31,625 bases of DNA, taken from positions 1 through 31,625 of the IMG/VR virus record IMGVR_UViG_3300005517_000023; one strand, given 5' to 3'. This stretch comes from a virus. Taxonomy: Duplodnaviria; Caudoviricetes. The number at the start of each line of letters is the position of its first letter. The first letter of the stretch is position 1. This document shows, one piece after another, positions 18,561 through 25,560 of the stretch. Made by a program: the position numbers and the translations under genes. The notes beneath the pieces are model-generated. The model was not told where the DNA came from and did no database searches. It saw only the letters and a program-made list of their open reading frames with translations.

Positions 18561-19634
18561 CTATGCGGTTAGATGCCCTATGAAATTAGAGATGGCGACA
18601 ATATCGTCATTGAAATACTTAATTGCCGTCTCATCGTAATAGGCGAGTATCGCTGGATCGGTGTTATCAAGCTCCGTGTTTAACTTTGGGTCTAGGATTG
18701 GCTGAAAACGATAATAGTAAAACTGATCAAGCGTGTAGTTGGATCGTAGCTCCATGGATTTAGCAACAGACTCTTGGCCGCCAGTAGAAGCAATGTTAAA
18801 GAGACCAAATATTTGAAGAATGGTTTGTGTTGGGTCAGGAACACGAGGCATAGACTCAAGGGATTTTATTAATTCAGGATCAACCCTCGGATCACGAAGG
18901 CTTGGGTTTCCTGGGTCAAACCCAATTTCCCCAATGCCCGTACCGATCGACAACACACAATATCTGTTTGATCTTTGTTTTATCATCTTTGCTAGCGTTA
19001 AGCCAAACTGAGCCGGATTATTTTGATAAATACCCCCGTCTATATACTCATGACCATTCATAAGCAATGGCGGCAAATAAACAGGGGCAGCACCCGTTGC
19101 CAAAGCCACATTACTGATCAATTCATTTTGTCCTATGAATTCAGGGTAATTCAGATTCGAAAACAACACATACCTATTTGTATCGTTCTCGTAAGAAGGG
19201 ATAATGACATTCGTTTTTAAATTCTGAAGGGTATTATCACCGAATTGGCCTTTGATGGTGGCTCTGAGCAATCCAGAACCGTAATTGTTTTCTGTAGGTC
19301 CTGATGATTGATAAAAGGGTGTGTTGGTTAGAATCAGGGCCACTTTAGCCGCTGCATTTGGACGTAAAGACGCAACCAAGGATGATAGACTAAAGATATA
19401 CGGCCCTTGGACTGTAAAGAAGGGAGTCATCTGATCTGGCGTTAACCCAAAGGCTAAAGCAAGGGACATGATACCACCAACAGATGTCCCGCAAATAACA
19501 TCAAAATGTTTCCATATATCAGCAGGGTCAATTCCCCACTGCTCAACAAATCTTTTAAGAAACGCTAGGGATAGGTAACCTCGCTCGCCACCTCCATCAA
19601 TTTCTAATATTCTTAGTGTATTGGGATCACCCAC
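18561..19634 (-). CDS. Patatin-like phospholipase A2
   Basis: Oxyanion DGGGERG, nucleophile GTSVG, AAPVYLP, catalytic DGGIYQNNP and SIGTG are all intact. GTG start. Confidence 0.93.
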   Translation of the reverse strand: MGDPNTLRILEIDGGGERGYLSLAFLKRFVEQWGIDPADIWKHFDVICGTSVGGIMSLALAFGLTPDQMTPFFTVQGPYIFSLSSLVASLRPNAAAKVALILTNTPFYQSSGPTENNYGSGLLRATIKGQFGDNTLQNLKTNVIIPSYENDTNRYVLFSNLNYPEFIGQNELISNVALATGAAPVYLPPLLMNGHEYIDGGIYQNNPAQFGLTLAKMIKQRSNRYCVLSIGTGIGEIGFDPGNPSLRDPRVDPELIKSLESMPRVPDPTQTILQIFGLFNIASTGGQESVAKSMELRSNYTLDQFYYYRFQPILDPKLNTELDNTDPAILAYYDETAIKYFNDDIVAISNFIGHLTA

Positions 19635-19960
19635 ATTAAAACTTCCTCAGCATATCGCAATAACAGAGCTTTATCTAAGTCTGTCTTTTCTGTAGAAGTA
19701 TTATACTTTATTGCTGATACTCTGGGAATAGGGGTTGAATCATGAATAGCAGGGAACTCGTGGGCTATCTTCGCGTAATTATAAACACGCAACAGAGAAC
19801 CGAAGCTAACAACAAAAAAGACTCAAAATAACTCATGAATTCATTCTTCTGTAATTTACTGCTGACATTCTGGGAGTAGGACCTGTCTCATGAAAAACAT
19901 GAAACCAGAGGTAAGGAAAACGATAATGAGCATTAACAAAAAACGAGCTTCCCAGGCCAT
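19613..19960 (-). pseudogene. Two small tandem, apparently frameshifted membrane/secreted peptide genes
   Basis: ATG at 19960 (good SD) gives MAWEARFLLMLIIVF..., and ATG at 19836 gives MSYFESFLLLASVLCC.... In the -1 frame they continue into the related peptides HETGPTPRMSAVNY and HDSTPIPRVSAIKY. Confidence 0.35.
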
Positions 19961-19990
19961 ACCATACTCCTCTGGGTTGTTGGTTATATT

Positions 19991-21346
19991 TTAAGCTGCT
20001 TTGCCATATTCCACACCCAGATCTGGGTTGGAGGATTTGTCGGGACGAAGGCCTTCGAGTTTTTCGAAGTGATTCAAGGACCAGAAAAACCCAAGACACA
20101 AAGGAAGTGTAAGAATGAGGGTGCCGAACGCACCAAACCATGACGTCAAATATACAACGCCAAATGAAGTAACAATGTAGGTTGAAGCTCTTCCTAAAGC
20201 ATAAATTAAACCACTAGCGGTAAATCGCTTATAAACGGGAAGTTGCTTAATAAAAACATATTCGGCCGGATTCATTCCAATGTTAAAAAAGAGAATAAGA
20301 GATTGAAGTAAAAGTATAGACAAAAATCCAACCTTATAAAACAAACAAACGGGAATAAGAAGAATTAAAGGCAAAAAAACAGTTCCCTTTATTCTTAATA
20401 TTTTTAAAGGATGTACACGAAAGCTTACAAAAGCCCAAATAAAAGCTTGCAAAACCTGCATTATTGTTAAAACAAAATTATGAATAATGATGTCTTCGGA
20501 AGTATAGCAATAGACAGTTTTTAAGGTTGCATTAAAATATATATAACCTAAATAAAATGAAATTGGCCACCCACATTGAGATAAAAAGTATCCTAATAAA
20601 GTGGCTCGTGGAATTTTTTTCATACGAAGATCAGATACAGTTTTTCGAATTTCTTTTTCTTTTTTCGAATTTGTCTTTTCATATTTTTCAATTAACAATT
20701 TGAATTTACGTCTCATATCCACAAATTCTGGAGTTTCCCTCAATCTTGTTCGGGCTACAGACCCCACAACAGCAATACCAGCCCCTATCCAAAAGGCCAC
20801 TCTCCAGTTAAATCCAAAGTGAGTGGTTAAAACAGCCACACCAACAGCAGCCACCGCACCAACAGCAGCAGCAGCACCTATAAAAGAAACAGCAGCATAA
20901 GAGGCAGGAGGAGATGTTATTTCGGAAATATAAATTTCCGCTCCTACTTTTTCTCCCATAGATGAAAGACCCTGAACTATACGACACACTGTTACTATCC
21001 ATGCCGCACTAACCCCTATTTGTGCATACGTAGGGAGATTTGCCATGATCATACAGGAGACGGCCATCATGGCGGTTGTCATAATGACTGTTGTTTTACG
21101 ACCTATATTGTCACCAATCCAGCCAAACAAAAGAGCTCCAAATGGACGAAAAACCCATGTAGAACAAAAAGCAAAAGCCGTTAGCAAGGAGGTTGTATGA
21201 GGGTCTGTTTGAGGGAAGAAGATCTCGTCAAGAACAACTGCCATGTGGACATACAGCATAAAATCGAAATACTCAAGAAAGGTGCCGACCTGTAACAGAC
21301 CAACGGCCTCTTTTTGTTCTCGATTTAGGGACTTCAAAAAGGCCAA
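19991..21346 (-). CDS. MFS transporter, ProP/metabolite:H+ symporter-like (rickettsial type)
   Basis: GTFLEYFDFMLY, FRPFGALLFGWIGDNIGRK, LPTYAQIG, RIVQGLSSMGE, R..LRETPEF; ~12 hydrophobic segments; SD AGGAG. Confidence 0.92.
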   Translation of the reverse strand: MAFLKSLNREQKEAVGLLQVGTFLEYFDFMLYVHMAVVLDEIFFPQTDPHTTSLLTAFAFCSTWVFRPFGALLFGWIGDNIGRKTTVIMTTAMMAVSCMIMANLPTYAQIGVSAAWIVTVCRIVQGLSSMGEKVGAEIYISEITSPPASYAAVSFIGAAAAVGAVAAVGVAVLTTHFGFNWRVAFWIGAGIAVVGSVARTRLRETPEFVDMRRKFKLLIEKYEKTNSKKEKEIRKTVSDLRMKKIPRATLLGYFLSQCGWPISFYLGYIYFNATLKTVYCYTSEDIIIHNFVLTIMQVLQAFIWAFVSFRVHPLKILRIKGTVFLPLILLIPVCLFYKVGFLSILLLQSLILFFNIGMNPAEYVFIKQLPVYKRFTASGLIYALGRASTYIVTSFGVVYLTSWFGAFGTLILTLPLCLGFFWSLNHFEKLEGLRPDKSSNPDLGVEYGKAA

Positions 21347-21582
21347 CGCGACTCTCCTATAAGGATACTGTGCAATTAGGTTCTGATTAACAGAAGTTTT
21401 GCCCTTTAAGCAATCAAAATCTTTCTGGGTGGATTTTGGTAGGATATGGGGATAAAGATTTAGTGGAGCCCAACCGCCCCAATCTTGTGTGTACTGAGTT
21501 AAGAAATGATTAAAAATCTATGATTGGACTCCAAGCCGACTTTATCCAATCAAATACTAAAACTAAAGAAAAAAGGTGAGCG

Positions 21583-21840
21583 ATGCCAACGTGGTACAAA
21601 AAATACATGTTTGTTGTTGGAACATGCGGACAATTTGTTTTTTATTCACAGTTTTTTGCAATTATCCAAAACCAAAGCTCTGAGGGCATTCCTCTGTTCG
21701 GCTTTATGTGTGGTCTTCTGTCGGTTAGCAGCTGGATGGTCTATGGATTTATGATTCGTGACATGCCACTCATGATCTCAAGCACAGTTGGAACAATTGG
21801 AGCCCTCTTAACGGTTGGTTCCATATTGATCTACAGGTAA
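21583..21840 (+). CDS. SemiSWEET/PQ-loop family transporter
   Basis: 85 aa, three TM segments. FYSQFFAIIQNQSSEGI (PQ-loop with SQ) and SWMVYGFMIRDMPLMIS. SD-like AAGGTG. Confidence 0.75.
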   Translation: MPTWYKKYMFVVGTCGQFVFYSQFFAIIQNQSSEGIPLFGFMCGLLSVSSWMVYGFMIRDMPLMISSTVGTIGALLTVGSILIYR

Positions 21841-21853
21841 CCAAGGACCTTAT

Positions 21854-23302
21854 TTACCAACTCGGCGCAGGACGTCGACGACCCACACGAACCTTATAAA
21901 AATCTTTGACACGATCAATCACATGGGGTTTTGAGGTGGCTAATGGTGCCCCACTCATCACCAAATACCTCAAAGCATCCAACAAGTGGTCATTGCCATC
22001 CTTGATCATGCCTTCTTCATCACGGGCATACATACGCAATTCTGTTAACAGCTTGGCACAGGTCTTAAAGATCTTCAGCTTACCATTCTGCATCCGCTGT
22101 AAGGTTTTCTGCACACCAGCTTCCCTAGAATTGTTGGCTTTGTGCAATCTCGTAAACCCAGATTCCCGATACAGTGTCACCAAGCTCTTGCCATCCTTTT
22201 GTGAAGAAGCGCCACCAGCCGGATCATGAACAATCGGTATCCAGTTCAGATAATCCTTGGCTTTGGTGTTGTGAAGATGAAACACGTGTTGTTCAGGGGT
22301 TTTCTCAGACATCGCATATTCATGGAAGATGTAAATAATATCGTTGTCCCGATCAATGGCTGCCAGCAATAAGGCAGTCGGGTCTTTCCATCCAAAGTCC
22401 ATACCACCAACAAAGTAATAGCTATCGGGTAAGTCAAAGGGCTCACAGGTGATCAGGCTTTCACTCACAGGATAAACCATACCTGACCCAATAGACGGAA
22501 CACCTTTCGATCTGGCTTCCACTTCATGAGGCGGAATGCTCGCTTTAAACCGCTCTTTCTCATCATGGGGTAAATGGGGCGCATCATCCCAGCCAGCCAT
22601 CACAAATACCCGATGGTTTTGAATGGATCCTTCTGTGCGTTGAATCTGTTTCTTCTCACCGTCAGTCTCAACAACTTCTTCGGTAAAGGCTTGGACAAAG
22701 GGGGACATGTACAAACATGTGGCCGATACCAACATCATCCCATAATGATCAGGCGATGTGCTCATGAGGCGTAAACTGGCTTCGGTGTAGATTTCTAAAG
22801 GAGGTTCTTCATCCAGATGGCAAACATCCAATTTAGCTCCTTGCCAGGCTTCTCGTTTCTGCTCATAAGTCTTAAACCTCAAATCAGAGAAACCACCTGA
22901 TACATGTTGGATTTGATACCGATGGTCAGAACGATTCCGATAAGCCACCAATGATTGATGGATCCAGGGTTCTTCTTCAGCAACACCTTCAAAGTACCGA
23001 CGTTCTAAGATCTCAAACACCTCTTTACCCGATACACCAGCAACCCAAGCATTAATAGGTCTCGTATATCGATACCCAGTCCACCAGTCAGGATAAGTGC
23101 CTGTCAGATGCATACACACCTCCAAGCTACACGCCATGGTCTTACCAATACGGTTAGCCGCTAAGAACAATCGCTCTTTGGCATTCAATCCCAGATTATG
23201 AAACTCAAGGTGTTTAGGGTGAGGCCTGTAGAAGTCGAATGACAGACGACTCAGGGTTTGTTCCTCTTCGATGAAAGCATCCAATGCAGATTCATCCAAC
23301 AT
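21854..23302 (-). CDS. terL: Terminase large subunit (P22/Sf6-like, Terminase_6)
   Basis: Walker A AANRIGKT, Walker B VCHLDEEP, RNase H-like GMDFGWKDP, C-terminal DHLLDALRY. Likely ATG at 23302 (ORF open to 23347). Confidence 0.95.
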   Translation of the reverse strand: MLDESALDAFIEEEQTLSRLSFDFYRPHPKHLEFHNLGLNAKERLFLAANRIGKTMACSLEVCMHLTGTYPDWWTGYRYTRPINAWVAGVSGKEVFEILERRYFEGVAEEEPWIHQSLVAYRNRSDHRYQIQHVSGGFSDLRFKTYEQKREAWQGAKLDVCHLDEEPPLEIYTEASLRLMSTSPDHYGMMLVSATCLYMSPFVQAFTEEVVETDGEKKQIQRTEGSIQNHRVFVMAGWDDAPHLPHDEKERFKASIPPHEVEARSKGVPSIGSGMVYPVSESLITCEPFDLPDSYYFVGGMDFGWKDPTALLLAAIDRDNDIIYIFHEYAMSEKTPEQHVFHLHNTKAKDYLNWIPIVHDPAGGASSQKDGKSLVTLYRESGFTRLHKANNSREAGVQKTLQRMQNGKLKIFKTCAKLLTELRMYARDEEGMIKDGNDHLLDALRYLVMSGAPLATSKPHVIDRVKDFYKVRVGRRRPAPSW

Positions 23303-23669
23303 GAGGTCTGCCTCTGTCTCGTATGATTTTATCGGAAAGGGTACCAATCAAAAAAGCTTGGTTTTCTTGCAATTCCTTTTTCAACCTCAATCCTTCTTCC
23401 AGGGTTAATCCAAGATCGCGGAACTGGGAAGTATCTGGGGGTGATGTTAAATCATCAACTTCAGGAGGGCGGGCATATTTGAAAAAGACATCACACGCTT
23501 TCAGTGATATAGAGGAATCCTCACTGTCCCTATGTTCCCTTATCTTTTGAACAAATAAGGCTCCATCGGTCTCAAGAGCCTCTGCAAAAATAGAATCATA
23601 AGCAACGCGTCTTCTCGACCGTTTTCCTATTGCATGACCAGCCTTAAAAGATGTTGATGATATAGCCAT
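23292..23669 (-). CDS. terS: Terminase small subunit (putative)
   Basis: 125 aa, overlaps the terL start, N-terminal TSFKAGH..GK motif (DUF5681-like). Confidence 0.7.
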   Translation of the reverse strand: MAISSTSFKAGHAIGKRSRRRVAYDSIFAEALETDGALFVQKIREHRDSEDSSISLKACDVFFKYARPPEVDDLTSPPDTSQFRDLGLTLEEGLRLKKELQENQAFLIGTLSDKIIRDRGRPHVG

Positions 23670-23821
23670 AGTCTTGATTAAATCCTAAAAGAGCCCATTA
23701 AAAGCCCCTTAAACATTTCTAAAGTTTATCTTAATATACAACAAACAAGATATCTTGTATAGTATTAGCAATACTTTAAACACGAATTATGATTTAAACT
23801 ATCTAATTTTAAGGAACATTT

Positions 23822-23917
23822 ATGACACCTACACCTAAAGCTACTATCTACATTTGCTCATCGATAGTTATCGTTACATTGTGTGCTATGTATTTGAACT
23901 ATTATTTAACGAGTTGA
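23822..23917 (+). CDS. Small hydrophobic peptide (31 aa)
   Basis: Not in ORF track. AAGGAA SD, then MTPTPKATIYICSSIVIVTLCAMYLNYYLTS; ends 3 bp before the next ORF. Confidence 0.45.
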   Translation: MTPTPKATIYICSSIVIVTLCAMYLNYYLTS

Positions 23918-23920
23918 GAC

Positions 23921-24148
23921 GTGATAAACAAATTCAGACCGAGTCTTGAAGAATATTATCCAAAAGGGGCGACGTTTGGTGAGGACCGGGTGATGGATAA
24001 ATATGGTCCTATACAAGCAGCTTTTCGCGATGAAATACATCGTCAACGCACCATAACTAACATTAAGATATTCGGTTTGTATGCTGGAGCATTACTTATG
24101 TTCGCCATATTTACATACGCAATTATTATGTTTTCCTTAGCCTTTTAA
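23921..24148 (+). CDS. Small C-terminally anchored membrane protein
   Basis: 75 aa ending in IFGLYAGALLMFAIFTYAIIMFSLAF. Confidence 0.55.
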   Translation: MINKFRPSLEEYYPKGATFGEDRVMDKYGPIQAAFRDEIHRQRTITNIKIFGLYAGALLMFAIFTYAIIMFSLAF

Positions 24149-24161
24149 TTCGTTCATATTT

Positions 24162-24404
24162 TTATCCCATAAAAGTTTCCTTATATCGGCAGTGGCACAC
24201 CTCGTCGCTGTAGTCTTCTGTAATCTGAGCCTCAGACAAACTTTCCTCAACAGCCCACTCAATATAGCTAGATAACGTTCGTCTATGCTTTCTTGCCGCT
24301 AGCTCTAGCATATACCTAAGTTCGGCATCAAACCTTACGGTCACCGTTTCGGAACGGGATAGTTTTCCGCCACCACTTTTTTTAAGGTGTTGTTTATCAC
24401 TCAT
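24162..24404 (-). CDS. Ribbon-helix-helix DNA-binding protein
   Basis: SETVTVRFDAELRYMLELAARKHRRTLSSYIEWAVEESL beta-alpha-alpha pattern; SD AGGAG. Confidence 0.75.
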   Translation of the reverse strand: MSDKQHLKKSGGGKLSRSETVTVRFDAELRYMLELAARKHRRTLSSYIEWAVEESLSEAQITEDYSDEVCHCRYKETFMG

Positions 24405-24555
24405 GTTTTTTCTCCTAGCCCTGTCATTGTTAAAAGAAGCTTGACCGCAGAGAAGTCACCCCTCAAAGCTAATTCGACCTGCTTGTTAATAATCTCTTCC
24501 CATTTTGCCTCTGTGACGCCCAGAAAATAAGGCCTTCCAAGATTATGGCTACGGT

Positions 24556-24831
24556 TTAGGGGGGGGTTGATTGACCAAGAGATTTCATTATGTTCTCAAT
24601 GACTTTTTGGTCTCTTTTATTTGGCTTTTCAAACCCAACAATGAAAAGCTGCCATGATACACCAAGTGCCTCAGCCACAGCTTTTATTTTTTCAATATCA
24701 ATCTTTTTGTTTGGTCTGTTTTCTAATTCCCAAATATAGCTTTTGCACGTGCTGCTGAGGTGAGCCAGGTCTTCTAGAGACAAGCCCTTGCTAACCCTTA
24801 ACTTTCTGATTTTTTCCCCTACTGTGCTCAT
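24556..24831 (-). CDS. XRE-family HTH regulator (possible frameshift extension to 24401)
   Basis: MSTVGEKIRKLRVSKGLSLEDLAHLSSTCKSYIWELENR...IAEALGV-like. ATG at 24831 with GAGGA SD. Stops directly after a C8 run. Confidence 0.85.
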   Translation of the reverse strand: MSTVGEKIRKLRVSKGLSLEDLAHLSSTCKSYIWELENRPNKKIDIEKIKAVAEALGVSWQLFIVGFEKPNKRDQKVIENIMKSLGQSTPP

Positions 24832-24871
24832 GGTAATCCTCTTTCTTTTTATTGTTAAATTAGTGAAGTTG

Positions 24872-24992
24872 GTTCCCAGTTCCCACGGGAACGTAAACGT
24901 GATTTTTTTTGACAAACCAAGCATTTGAGCGGCTCTTAAGACAAAATTTACGTTCCCATGGGTTTTGGGAGCGTCTGGGAACGTGGGAACGT
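24872..24992. promoter_or_regulatory. Cluster of GTTCCC/GGGAAC sites, probable operators
   Basis: Six exact half-sites and one variant, including the palindrome GTTCCC-AC-GGGAAC (24879..24892), upstream of the XRE gene. Confidence 0.55.
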
Positions 24993-25007
24993 GAATCCTT
25001 TATAAAT

Positions 25008-25457
25008 TCATAGCTTCCTGGGTCTGCTGTCTAAAGGAAATCGGCTTCTGTCCCCGGACGTCCCGCATGCCTTGTAAACACAAGCAATTGACGATAAGGG
25101 AACAGCTATTAAATCTGGATCATATTTATCTTCTTTGAATTCATAAGGAACAGATATGAAGGGCCCCAAATAATGGCCTCCACGATTACAGTAGATTGTA
25201 TCAGGACTATGGCCCTTAGAAATAAAAAATGATATTAATATATTTGAATTACTATAAACTACAATATTATAAATACCATTTACTCTAAAAGAAACATTAT
25301 TATTAAGTATTACAAAGCAAGTATCATTAATCATGAGTTCTGGTAAAAAATGTTCCATGCAGTCGCCACACTCGATGTGGAAATCTCCACCACCCCTTAA
25401 CCAAAAATCGAGTGAATGAGATATACACAGCCTTTGTCCTTTTGAAAAGGTTTCCAT
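25008..25457 (-). CDS. Hypothetical AT-rich protein, weak S24-peptidase-like pattern
   Basis: GDCME...NDTCFVI...NGIY.I resembles the S24 pattern GDSM.P...GD...V...GIY. Confidence 0.4.
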   Translation of the reverse strand: METFSKGQRLCISHSLDFWLRGGGDFHIECGDCMEHFLPELMINDTCFVILNNNVSFRVNGIYNIVVYSNSNILISFFISKGHSPDTIYCNRGGHYLGPFISVPYEFKEDKYDPDLIAVPLSSIACVYKACGTSGDRSRFPLDSRPRKL

Positions 25458-25560
25458 CTAATATTTCCTTTTTATTACAATATATTTTAAAACAAGTCTT
25501 TTATCGAAATCCACTGAGTATTCAATATTGCTTTAACCATCCAATACGTAGTTATTGTCT

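Noticed and set aside
18561-19634. Patatin as a CBASS CapV effector
   Set aside because: No CD-NTase or Cap2/Cap3-like gene nearby; the context is a phage late region.
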